A stretch of DNA of 64,000 bases from the NCBI GenBank assembly GCA_963675745.2, contig CAXXWX010000002.1:1-64000 (forward strand), in the 5' to 3' direction. Source of the stretch: Phycisphaerae bacterium (lineage in GTDB: Bacteria > Planctomycetota > Phycisphaerae > UBA1845 > Fen-1342). Positions 1 to 8,615 of the stretch are shown in pieces; the first letter of the stretch is position 1, and every line of letters starts with the position of its first letter. Under the pieces are notes generated by a model. The model had not been told where the DNA came from, did no database searches, and saw only the letters and a list, made by a program, of their open reading frames with translations. Position numbers and translations under genes: made by a program.

Positions 1-1118
1 CGCCGCTCACCGGTAACCACCAGGTCGGTGCCCTGCAAGTCCTTGTCGTTCAGCAGATCGCGGATCTTCTCGACCGCGTGCAACAGCTCGATCATGCGCG
101 CCCAGTGATACGCCAGCGACAGCCCGTTGGGCTTGTTGTCGGTGACGGCCATGAACTCCTTGCGCCCCGCCTCGGCTTCGGGCGTATCGATGAAATCGCA
201 GGCGTTGACGCGCGCCAGCGGGCCCACGCGATACCAGCCGTTCTCGGGGCCGAGTTTCTTCAGGAAGGGGAACTTCATGTACGACCACGGACGCACCTCC
301 TCACGCACGTGCTGGAGGTAGTCCTGGTAATCGACCTGGTCGATGATCTTGCAGCCGTCGGCGTCGACAACGCGCAGGTTGCCGTGGTACAGGTCCATGG
401 CGCCGTCATCACGAATCAGGCACATGTGGTTTGACGGAAAGGCAGCGAAGTCCATCGCCAAGTTGAGGTGCTCGACGGTGTAGTCCTTGGCGATCTTGAG
501 CGCCGCGCGCGCCCACTCGATCATCTGGTCAAGGTCCTTCAACAGCGCGTCACGCTCGGCGATTGACAGGTTCTTGTTCACGCCGCCCGGGATGGCCCCG
601 GTGCCGTGGATTTTCTTGCCGGCGGTGGCCTTGATGATCTCCTGCCCATACTTGCGCATCATCACGCCTTGCACCGCCAGGTCAGGGTGCTTTTCGATCA
701 CGCCGACGACGTTGCGGACCGCCACGTCGGCATCAAAGCCGAACAGCAGGTCTGGCGAGCAGAGATGGAAAAAGTGCAGCGCGTGCGATTGCAACGTCTG
801 CCCGTAGTGCATCAGGCGGCGCACCTTCTCAGCCGTCGGCGTGAGCTTCTCGCCGCCGACAATACGGTCCATGGCCTTGGCGGCCGCCAGGTGATGGCTC
901 ACCGGACAGATTCCGCACAGGCGCTGGACCAGCACGGGCACTTCCCAGAAGGGACGGCCCTGGATGAACCGCTCAAACCCGCGAAACTCGACGATGTGCA
1001 GACGCGCCTGGCGCACCTGGTTCTTCTCGTCCAGCAGCACGGTGACTTTGCCGTGCCCTTCGACGCGGGTGACCGGCTCAATGACGACTCGTTTGAGTCC
1101 GTTCGTAGCTGTAACCAC
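1..1118 (-). CDS. hoxH: NAD-reducing [NiFe]-hydrogenase large subunit (group 3d), runs off the window edge
   Basis: Manual translation from GTG at 1118 (GGAGG RBS at 1128-1132): MVTATNGLKRVVIEPVTRVEGHG...VQRLCGICPVSHH (L1 Ni-binding motif)...YHWARMIELLH. Same frame at both ends. Directly downstream of hoxY. Not in the ORF track. Confidence 0.95.
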   Translation of the reverse strand, partial: MVTATNGLKRVVIEPVTRVEGHGKVTVLLDEKNQVRQARLHIVEFRGFERFIQGRPFWEVPVLVQRLCGICPVSHHLAAAKAMDRIVGGEKLTPTAEKVRRLMHYGQTLQSHALHFFHLCSPDLLFGFDADVAVRNVVGVIEKHPDLAVQGVMMRKYGQEIIKATAGKKIHGTGAIPGGVNKNLSIAERDALLKDLDQMIEWARAALKIAKDYTVEHLNLAMDFAAFPSNHMCLIRDDGAMDLYHGNLRVVDADGCKIIDQVDYQDYLQHVREEVRPWSYMKFPFLKKLGPENGWYRVGPLARVNACDFIDTPEAEAGRKEFMAVTDNKPNGLSLAYHWARMIELLHAVEKIRDLLNDKDLQGTDLVVTGER

Positions 1119-1139
1119 TATCTATATCCTCCAGTCCGA

Positions 1140-1685
1140 TCAGTCGTACTTGATGAGCTGGTACGGAAGCTCGATGGGTTTGTCCGTCAGCAGCGCCACG
1201 AGCGTCTCCCAGATGGCATCCGCCGGCGGCGGGCATCCGGGAAGGTGATAGTCAATCTTCACCACCTCATGGCACGGGTAGACCTGTTTCAGCAGCAGCG
1301 GCAGCTCCGCATCATTGGGAATCTCCCGCGCCGGGTTGTACACGCTCGGCCCGTTGAGGTAGGCCTCGTCGTAGCACTCCTGAAGCGGGATGTTGTTGCG
1401 CATCGCGGGAATCCCGCCCATCGTGGCGCAGTCACCGAGTGAAATCAGAACGTCGCAGTTCCTGCGAAAGTCCCGCAGCACCTCCACGTTCTCCTCGTTA
1501 CAGCAGCCGCCTTCGACCAGTCCGACCGCGCAGCGCTCGCTGAACTTCTTGATGTCGGTTACCGGAGACTTGTGGAAGTCTATCAGCTCGACCAGTTTCA
1601 GAATCCGCTCGTCGATATCGAGGATCGCCATGTGGCAACCGAAGCAGCCGGCAAGCGACGTCGTTGCTACCTTGGGTTTGGCCAT
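1140..1685 (-). CDS. hoxY: NAD-reducing hydrogenase small subunit
   Basis: SLAGCFGCHM, VEGG, GDCATMGG and LPGCPP motifs; 181 aa. Confidence 0.95.
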   Translation of the reverse strand: MAKPKVATTSLAGCFGCHMAILDIDERILKLVELIDFHKSPVTDIKKFSERCAVGLVEGGCCNEENVEVLRDFRRNCDVLISLGDCATMGGIPAMRNNIPLQECYDEAYLNGPSVYNPAREIPNDAELPLLLKQVYPCHEVVKIDYHLPGCPPPADAIWETLVALLTDKPIELPYQLIKYD

Positions 1686-1704
1686 ACTATCTCACTCCCT
1701 TCTG

Positions 1705-2415
1705 CTATTTCGCCGCCGGGGCTTCGATGTCCGAACCAATCGGCTTCTCGTCGTACAGACGCTGTCCGATTGGGACGGCGTATCCGGTGCGTTTCTTCAG
1801 CAGCGCCCCGACCGGGCAGGCCTCGACCGCCTGGTCGGCTACATTGATATTCGTGTCCGCCAGCTTGGCGTCAGAATTGACGGCGATCCGCTTTTCCGGG
1901 CCGCGCCCGACAAACTGGAAGACGTTCTTGCCGTCGACATCGCGCGAAGTGCGGATGCAGCGCGCGCACAGGATACAACGGTTGCGGTCGATCAGAATGT
2001 CCGGGTGCGAAGCATCAACCTCGCGCTTCGGATACATGTAGGGATACTTCGGCGCGGTTATGCCAAAGCGGTAGGCCAGCGCCTGAAGCTCGCAGTTGCC
2101 GCTCTTCTCGCAATACATGCAGTAGTGATTGCCCTCGACGAAGAGCATCTCGATCAGGTTGCGGCGCAGATTCGTCAGGCGCTCGGTGTTGTTTTCCACG
2201 ATCATCCCGGGGCCGATCGGCTGCGTACACGCCGTCTGCGGTCGGCCGTTGACCATCACCATGCACACCCGGCAACTGCCGAACGGTGAGAGCCCCTTGT
2301 AGGCGCACAAACGCGGGATATAAACCCCGGCGTCATCGGCGGCTTCCATGATCGTCTGCCCGGGCCGGCCAGAGATTTCGACGCCGTCGATGGTGAATGT
2401 AATCGTATCGCTCAT
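1705..2415 (-). CDS. hoxU: NAD-reducing hydrogenase diaphorase Fe-S subunit
   Basis: NuoG-N-like: IPRLC...GSCRVC...C, HYCMYCEKSGNCELQ, CILCARC, CPVGAL. Confidence 0.95.
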   Translation of the reverse strand: MSDTITFTIDGVEISGRPGQTIMEAADDAGVYIPRLCAYKGLSPFGSCRVCMVMVNGRPQTACTQPIGPGMIVENNTERLTNLRRNLIEMLFVEGNHYCMYCEKSGNCELQALAYRFGITAPKYPYMYPKREVDASHPDILIDRNRCILCARCIRTSRDVDGKNVFQFVGRGPEKRIAVNSDAKLADTNINVADQAVEACPVGALLKKRTGYAVPIGQRLYDEKPIGSDIEAPAAK

Positions 2416-2432
2416 ATCACATCCCTTCCGTA

Positions 2433-4247
2433 TCAGTGGGCATGAATCGACTTGCGGCCCGTAATCTCTTCAGCGTCCGCCACCGCCGCGCCCAGGTCGA
2501 ACGACGGCTGGAGCCCCTCGTCATCATCCTTGACCAGCGCGTTGTACACGAGGCGGAAGCTCTTCAGCGTCGTCAGAATCGGGTTCGGCGACGTCTGCCC
2601 CAGCCCGCACCGGCTCATTGTCTTCACGGTTTCCGCAAGCTCCTGCAGATAGTCCAGATCCGACGGGACTCCACGCCCCTCGAGGATTCGCACCAGGCGC
2701 TCCTTCAACAGCACATTACCGACACGACACGGGGTGCAATAGCCGCAGCTCTCCTCGATGAAGAACTCCATGAAGTGCTTGACGATGTCGAGGATGTTGC
2801 GCTGGGGGCCGAAGACCATGAACGCCCCGCCCGTGGCAAGGTCGTCGAAGCAGATCTTGCGTTCAAAGCCATCCGGGGCAACCATCGTGCCGCTGGCCCC
2901 GCCGACCTGCACCGCGATCGCATCCTCGCCGCCGGCGAGCTTCAATACTTCACGAACCGTGACGCCAAACGGGAGCTCGTATACGCCGGGCCGCCGGCAA
3001 TCACCAGAGACGCTCAGCAGCTTGGTGCCCGTGCTGCCTTGCGAACCGAACTCGCAAAACGCGGCCGGTCCGTTTTCCAGGATCTTGGTCACCGCGCACA
3101 ACGTCTCAACGTTGTTGACCACTGTCGGACAACCCAGATAGCCCTTCTGCGCCGGGAACGGCGGGCGGTTCTTCGGATCGCCGCGCAAACCCTCGCACGA
3201 GCTGATCAGCGCGGTCTCCTCGCCGCAGACATATGCTCCGGCCCCCATCTGAATGCGAATGTCGAAATCAAAACCCTCTTTGCCGCACACTGATTTTCCG
3301 AGCAGCCCCGCCTCGCGACGTTGCTGGATAATGTGCTCGAGGTAAACGCGCAGGTATGCATACTCGGCGCGCAGGTAGACGATGCCCGTGTCCGCGCCGA
3401 TCGCATAACCAGCGATCGTCATGCCGGCCAGAACTCGGTCGGGGCGTTCCGTCAGAATCACGCGATCCTTGAACGTCCCGGGCTCGCCTTCGTCCGCGTT
3501 GCAGAGCACGTAGCGCTGGCGACCTTCAGCCGCGCGACAGAACTCCCACTTCATACCGGTTGGGAACCCTGCCCCGCCACGGCCGCGCAGCCGCGCTGCC
3601 TTCACCGCGCGGATGACCTCCTTCGGGCTCATGCCCACGGCCTTGCCGATCGCGGCGCCGGGGTTGATCGGGCTGAAGATCAACGGCACCTCGGTGCGCA
3701 GGTTGTTGCGCACCATCGAATTGACCAGGTCGTGAGCGTTGTTGCCGTCGCCGAATTCGGTGACCAGCTTGTACGGGTCGCCGTGCTCGCGGAGCTGGGC
3801 CACAATATCCCTGGCACGGTCGCTGGACAGCCGCGTGACCGGCACGTCGTTGACCAGCGCCGCCGGCGCCTGGTCGCACAGCCCGATGCAGGGCGCCTCT
3901 TCCAGCGTGATCTTGCCGTCCTCGGTGGTTTGCCCCACCTTGATGCCCAGCTCATCCTCGAACACTCTGCGAATTCGGGCGGCGCCGTGCATGCGATCGA
4001 TTATGTCGTTGCACAAGCGAATCACGACGTGGCCCTTCTTACGATCCGAGAGGTAGGAGTAGAAAGAGACCACGCTTTCCACCTCCACTCGGTGCGTGTT
4101 GACGGTCCGCGCGATCAGCGACATTGCGTCGCCGCTCACGCAGCCGAATTCGCCTTGCACCGCGCGGACGATATCCATCATCCGCGCGCGGTCGTTGTTA
4201 AACGCCGCGCAAATCGCTTTGACCGATCTTTCCAGACTCTTGCTCAT
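2433..4247 (-). CDS. hoxF: NAD-reducing hydrogenase diaphorase flavoprotein (NuoE+NuoF-like)
   Basis: LRGRGGAGFPTG, CNADEGEPGTFKDR, GAGAYVCGEET, ESCGYCTPCR, CGLGQ; 604 aa with a NuoE-like N-terminus. Confidence 0.95.
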   Translation of the reverse strand: MSKSLERSVKAICAAFNNDRARMMDIVRAVQGEFGCVSGDAMSLIARTVNTHRVEVESVVSFYSYLSDRKKGHVVIRLCNDIIDRMHGAARIRRVFEDELGIKVGQTTEDGKITLEEAPCIGLCDQAPAALVNDVPVTRLSSDRARDIVAQLREHGDPYKLVTEFGDGNNAHDLVNSMVRNNLRTEVPLIFSPINPGAAIGKAVGMSPKEVIRAVKAARLRGRGGAGFPTGMKWEFCRAAEGRQRYVLCNADEGEPGTFKDRVILTERPDRVLAGMTIAGYAIGADTGIVYLRAEYAYLRVYLEHIIQQRREAGLLGKSVCGKEGFDFDIRIQMGAGAYVCGEETALISSCEGLRGDPKNRPPFPAQKGYLGCPTVVNNVETLCAVTKILENGPAAFCEFGSQGSTGTKLLSVSGDCRRPGVYELPFGVTVREVLKLAGGEDAIAVQVGGASGTMVAPDGFERKICFDDLATGGAFMVFGPQRNILDIVKHFMEFFIEESCGYCTPCRVGNVLLKERLVRILEGRGVPSDLDYLQELAETVKTMSRCGLGQTSPNPILTTLKSFRLVYNALVKDDDEGLQPSFDLGAAVADAEEITGRKSIHAH

Positions 4248-4390
4248 CAGCGTCCTCGCTCAATCTGTGAGCCCAATTACGCCCCCGACTTACGCCGACA
4301 CCGGCTCGCCAATGTGTCGGAGTGTCGCTCCCTGTCTGGCAGTCGCACGGGCGCCCTGCGTCCCGTGCCGAACTGCCCCGCGTCTGTGCG

Positions 4391-5053
4391 TCACGCCTCT
4401 GTGCGCGCCGCGCGCTGCTCGCGCAACCAGGCGAGCCAGCTATCCATACCCTGCCCCGTTCGAGCCGCGAGCTCGATCAGCGGGGCCCGTGTGTTGATGC
4501 GCGACAGGTCGTCACGCACTTGATCAATCGCAAAGTCGAGCACGCCGCTCAGATCCATCTTGGTGAGCAGGATGGCGTCGGCGCGTTGAAAAAGTGTCGG
4601 GTACTTGGCGACCTTGTCGTCACCCTCGGGGACGCTCAGCAACACAACCCGCAGGTGCTCGCCGAGGTCAAAGGCCGCCGGACAGACCATGTTGCCGACG
4701 TTCTCAATAAACAGATAGCCCACGCCCTCCAGGTCGAGCGTGCCCAACCCCTCCGCCACCTGGGCGGCGTCGAGGTGGCAGCCGCGCCCGGTGTTTATCT
4801 GCGTGATCGATGCCGCCAGGTCACTGAGCCGCTCGGCGTCGCGCGACGTCTGCAAGTCCCCCACCAGCACCGCGGCCCGGCACTCGCCGGCCAGCGCCGC
4901 CAGCGTCTTCTCCAGCAGCGTTGTCTTGCCGCTGCCGGGCGCGCTCATCAGGTTGAGCGTCAGCAAACCGGCGGCCGTCATGCGCTGGCGGTTCTCGCGC
5001 GCCAGTGCGTCATTGACCTTGAGCACGCTTTCAACGACGTTCACTTTCTTCAT
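4391..5053 (-). CDS. hypB: Hydrogenase nickel incorporation GTPase
   Basis: MSAPGSGKTT, NTGRGCHLDA, ENVGNMVCPA, EGDDK, TKMD. Start re-called at ATG 5053, which overlaps the hypA stop. Confidence 0.95.
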   Translation of the reverse strand: MKKVNVVESVLKVNDALARENRQRMTAAGLLTLNLMSAPGSGKTTLLEKTLAALAGECRAAVLVGDLQTSRDAERLSDLAASITQINTGRGCHLDAAQVAEGLGTLDLEGVGYLFIENVGNMVCPAAFDLGEHLRVVLLSVPEGDDKVAKYPTLFQRADAILLTKMDLSGVLDFAIDQVRDDLSRINTRAPLIELAARTGQGMDSWLAWLREQRAARTEA

Positions 5054-5418
5054 GTCGCATCCGCGCTTTCCGCGAGCTCCAATACAACCGATCTCAGAAT
5101 AATCTCGTTGCCGTCGATGATGCGCACATCGGCCTGCCCACATTCGGGGCAGGCGAAGCTGTAATCCACATCCGGCTCGAACCGCCGACCGCAACGCCGG
5201 CACTCCGCCAGCGCCGGCACCTCAACCATCTTCAACTCGGCGCCGGCGGCGATACTCTCCGTTCGCACGGCTTCCCAGGACATCGCCAGCGCCTCGGGCA
5301 CGACCATTTGCATCCGCCCGATTGCCAGCTCAACCTCTGCCACGCGTTCAGCACCTTGCTCGCCCGCGTGCGCGAGCACCTGCTCGAGGACGTTTACTGC
5401 GATCGACATCTCGTGCAC
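5050..5418 (-). CDS. hypA: Hydrogenase maturation nickel metallochaperone
   Basis: GTG start gives MHEMSIA; CxxC...CPxC zinc motif. Confidence 0.93.
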   Translation of the reverse strand: MHEMSIAVNVLEQVLAHAGEQGAERVAEVELAIGRMQMVVPEALAMSWEAVRTESIAAGAELKMVEVPALAECRRCGRRFEPDVDYSFACPECGQADVRIIDGNEIILRSVVLELAESADAT

Positions 5419-5488
5419 AGCGCTGAAACTCCACGTTCTCTTTGCTGCGCGCCGTCGCGGACCCGCCGCGGGCGCGCTCATCGCGACC

Positions 5489-6505
5489 TCAACATATCCG
5501 CGGCAGATCCTCGCCATACGGACGCTGCACCACGCGCCGGCCGCCCACTGACGTCAACAGCTCAACCATCGGTGTCTCGGCCGAGCGCAACCGGCCGATC
5601 ACCGCCGCGTGCCGCCCAAGCGGGTGCGCCCGGCAGGCTTTCAGCACGCGCTCGGCGTCCTCCCGCGGCACCACGGCAACACATTTGCCCTCGTTGGCAA
5701 CCGTTAACGGATCCAATCCGAGCAGTTCGGCCGCATGCCGCGCCATCGGCGTGAGCGGTACGGCGTCTTCCTCGATCTCTACGGCCAGACCCGTGCTCTC
5801 CACGATGTCAGCCAGCACGCCGGCCAGACCACCACGCGTTGGGTCACGCAGAAACCGCAGGTCGGCCCCGGTCGCAAACATGCAGCCGATCAAATCACCC
5901 AATGGTGCCGCGTCGCTCCGCAGGTCGGTCTCGAACGCCAACCCCTCGCGCGCCGACATCACGGCCAGGCCATGCTCCGCGATCCCGCCGTTGATAATGA
6001 TCACGTCGCCGGGGCAAACGCGGCCCACGTCGACTCGTGCATCATCGCGCATCTCGCCGACGCCGGCGGTCGTGATTGTCAGGCCGTCCACGCCGCGGCG
6101 CTCGATGACCTTGGTGTCTCCCGTGCCGATCACCACACCCGCCTCGCGCGCGGTAGCGGCAATCGAGTCGATAATTCGGCCAAGCGTCGCCAACGGCAAC
6201 CCTTCCTCTATCACCAGTGCCAGGCTCAGCACTTTCGGCGTCGCACCGGCCACTGCCAGATCATTCACCGTTCCACATACGGCCAGACGCCCGATATCGC
6301 CGCCCGGAAACTCCAGCGGCTGTACGACGAACGCATCGGTGGTCATGCAAACGGCGCCGCTCATCGGCGATATAACCGCCGAGTCAGACAGCGGATTGAG
6401 CAACGGGTTGCCGAGCTTGGGCACGATGTGCTCTGCCAGCAGGCGCCGCATCAGCTCCCCCCCACCGCCATGCGCCAGCACAATTCGCTCGTCGGCCGCG
6501 GTCAT
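5489..6505 (-). CDS. hypE: Hydrogenase maturation protein HypE
   Basis: LAHGGGG, GGDIGRLAVCGTVNDL, RDPTRGG and C-terminal LPRIC. Confidence 0.97.
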   Translation of the reverse strand: MTAADERIVLAHGGGGELMRRLLAEHIVPKLGNPLLNPLSDSAVISPMSGAVCMTTDAFVVQPLEFPGGDIGRLAVCGTVNDLAVAGATPKVLSLALVIEEGLPLATLGRIIDSIAATAREAGVVIGTGDTKVIERRGVDGLTITTAGVGEMRDDARVDVGRVCPGDVIIINGGIAEHGLAVMSAREGLAFETDLRSDAAPLGDLIGCMFATGADLRFLRDPTRGGLAGVLADIVESTGLAVEIEEDAVPLTPMARHAAELLGLDPLTVANEGKCVAVVPREDAERVLKACRAHPLGRHAAVIGRLRSAETPMVELLTSVGGRRVVQRPYGEDLPRIC

Positions 6506-7605
6506 CAGTTGCGTGCCCCCGCTTCCGCGTATCGGCCGGGCCGGCCATATTTGTGCCAGGCGGCGCAGGTACCCTCACTGCTCACCATGCACGGGCCGAT
6601 GGGCCGCGTCGGCGAACACGTCGTTCCAAACAGCGAACACGCCACCGGATCCACCTTCCCTTGAATGACCTCGCCGCAAAGGCACCCCGGCGGCTCGTGG
6701 TCAGCGCCATACGTCACACCGAGCGCGTGCCGCGCATCAAAACGTCGATACTCCTCGCGCAATTCCAGGCCGCTGCGCGGTATCGTGCCCATGGCGCGCC
6801 AGACGGCATCTTGCACCGCGAATACGCGATCAATGCAGGCCCGCCCGGCCGAGTTGCCGTCGTGGTTCACCGCGACGCCGTATACGTTCTCGACCGACGC
6901 ATTACCCGCAACGGCCTGCTCAACCAAGCGCAGAATCCCTGTCAGCATTTGCGCCGGCTCGAATCCGACCACAACGCACGGCTTGTGAAACTGAGTGGCG
7001 ATCGGCTGATAGGCGTCGGAGCCGATGACAACGCTCACATGCCCCGGACACATGAATCCGTCAATCGGAACGTCGCCGGCGGCCAGCAACGCAGTCATCG
7101 CGGGAATCACGAGCTTATGCGCTGACAGGATGGTGAAATTCGTGAGCTGCGCTGCCTCAGCTTCCAGCACCGCCGCCGCAGTCGCGGGCGCGGTCGTCTC
7201 AAACCCGACCGCGAGGAAGACAACCTGCTCGCTCGGGTGACGCGTGGCATACTGCACGGAGTCGCGCGCCGAGTAAACCACGCGTACGCGCGCCCCTCGG
7301 CCGCGGCACGCTTCGAGGCTGTCCAGCCGACCGGGCACGCGTACCATGTCGCCATAGGTACAGATGGTCAATTCAGGGCGCGCGGTTAGCTCGCAGGCGG
7401 CGTCGATATACGCGCTGGAAGTGACACAGACCGGACACCCGGGCCCGCTGATCAGCCGAACGCGCTCGGGCAGCATCGACTTGATGCCGCTGCGGAACAA
7501 GGCGACGGTGTGCGTGCCGCAGACCTCCATGATCCGGATGGGGTCGCAGTTGCGCAGCAGGCGGCCGATTCGTCCGATAATGTCTTGTGCATCCACGTGT
7601 GCCAC
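6505..7605 (-). CDS. hypD: Hydrogenase maturation protein HypD
   Basis: MEVCGTH, GPGCPVC, GFETT, PGHVS, GPCMVSSEGTC. Confidence 0.97.
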   Translation of the reverse strand: MAHVDAQDIIGRIGRLLRNCDPIRIMEVCGTHTVALFRSGIKSMLPERVRLISGPGCPVCVTSSAYIDAACELTARPELTICTYGDMVRVPGRLDSLEACRGRGARVRVVYSARDSVQYATRHPSEQVVFLAVGFETTAPATAAAVLEAEAAQLTNFTILSAHKLVIPAMTALLAAGDVPIDGFMCPGHVSVVIGSDAYQPIATQFHKPCVVVGFEPAQMLTGILRLVEQAVAGNASVENVYGVAVNHDGNSAGRACIDRVFAVQDAVWRAMGTIPRSGLELREEYRRFDARHALGVTYGADHEPPGCLCGEVIQGKVDPVACSLFGTTCSPTRPIGPCMVSSEGTCAAWHKYGRPGRYAEAGARN

Positions 7606-7626
7606 AAATCTGCCGTGTACCGTTGC

Positions 7627-7902
7627 CTAGGCGTCGTCCCCGTTGTCCTGCCCGGGGACTTCATCCACGAGCTCCGCTTCCTTCAGGTACTTCCACGTCT
7701 CAAGCGCCTCCGCCTCATCCAGCACCGATAGCGCATAGCCGGCATGCACCAGCAGCCAATCACCAACGGCTGCCTCGGGTGTAAATGCGAGGCCTATCTC
7801 CAACCGGCTGCCCTGAAAATCCACTGTGCCGACACGCCCGGTTGGCGTCCCATCCGGACCGCCGGCGATCTCAATCAGCTTTCCGGGAACCGCAAGGCAC
7901 AT
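7627..7902 (-). CDS. hypC: Hydrogenase maturation chaperone HypC
   Basis: MCLAVPG...VGDWLLVHAGYA. Confidence 0.97.
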   Translation of the reverse strand: MCLAVPGKLIEIAGGPDGTPTGRVGTVDFQGSRLEIGLAFTPEAAVGDWLLVHAGYALSVLDEAEALETWKYLKEAELVDEVPGQDNGDDA

Positions 7903-7953
7903 CCGCTGACTCCGGCATCATGAGGGCAACACACGCTTGACACAATATAGCGA

Positions 7954-7969
7954 TGTGAAATCATTCACA
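7954..7969. promoter_or_regulatory. Palindromic operator TGTGAA-atca-TTCACA (Rex-box / CRP-family type) upstream of the hyp-hox operon
   Basis: Perfect 6-4-6 inverted repeat 52 bp upstream of the hypC start, next to a -10-like TATATT on the minus strand (7944-7949). Confidence 0.6.
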
Positions 7970-8165
7970 GCGCTTCGCGCTTCATGTTGCAAGTGGCGTT
8001 CCGCCGAGGGTCGGCATTGCCCGCCCTTCCCGTCGCACACTCGCCCTAAATACGCTTTTCTCAAGAGGATAACCGAACTTGCGCGCGGGTGTTAACCCGC
8101 AAGGCTGCGGATAATTACACACGACTTGCCCCAGCGCGCCAGATTGCTTGAATACCAATACGCAC

Positions 8166-8181
8166 GATTAATATATTAATC
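8166..8181. promoter_or_regulatory. AT-rich perfect palindrome GATTAATATATTAATC, possible transcription-factor site
   Basis: 16-bp perfect palindrome, 14/16 A+T, in an intergenic region of a GC-rich genome. Confidence 0.35.
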
Positions 8182-8225
8182 ATTGGCGGCCTGCAATGGG
8201 ATTGCTCATCGCGGGCTGGGGATAC

Positions 8226-8256
8226 AAAAAAAGAACCCGCCACACGACGGGTTCTT
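8226..8256 (-). terminator. Intrinsic terminator
   Basis: AAGAACCCG/CGGGTTCTT stem ending in a T7 tract on the minus strand. Confidence 0.75.
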
Positions 8257-8284
8257 GAGGAGGAGGAGGAGGAGAGAAATCAAC
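8226..8284 (-). ncRNA. Candidate small RNA with a (CUC)6 anti-Shine-Dalgarno tract
   Basis: Minus strand reads GTTGATTTCT(CTC)6-AAGAACCCG-tcgtgtgg-CGGGTTCTT-TTTTT, with a TATAAA -10-like element just upstream. No CDS ends here. Confidence 0.45.
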
Positions 8285-8615
8285 TATTTATAGGCACGCC
8301 GTTTTCAGCAAGTCCAGAGCGACGTGGCTATATTTCAATATCGGGGAGAATCGCCGCCATAATCACTAACACCCACCCAGTTTCACCTATTTCTTCGCGG
8401 CACTTCCGACGCGGTGTAGCAACGGCGGCAATCAAAACGGCCGTGAGCCGTTAGGCCTGACGAACAGCGCAGCTCCGCCGACGCGCTGCGTCCGGCCGAC
8501 CGCAAGGTATACTGCCTGCGAATACATGCCGCGACGCCTCGTATGCGGTTCGTGTTCCTCAGGCCAGAGCCAAAGGTATAGCAGCCTGCGGCCCGGCGCG
8601 ACACCATAAAGGAGA

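Noticed and set aside
8257..8276. (GAG)6 as a plus-strand ribosome-binding site for a small ORF
   Set aside because: No start codon follows at a suitable spacing, and the adjacent terminator is oriented for the minus strand.
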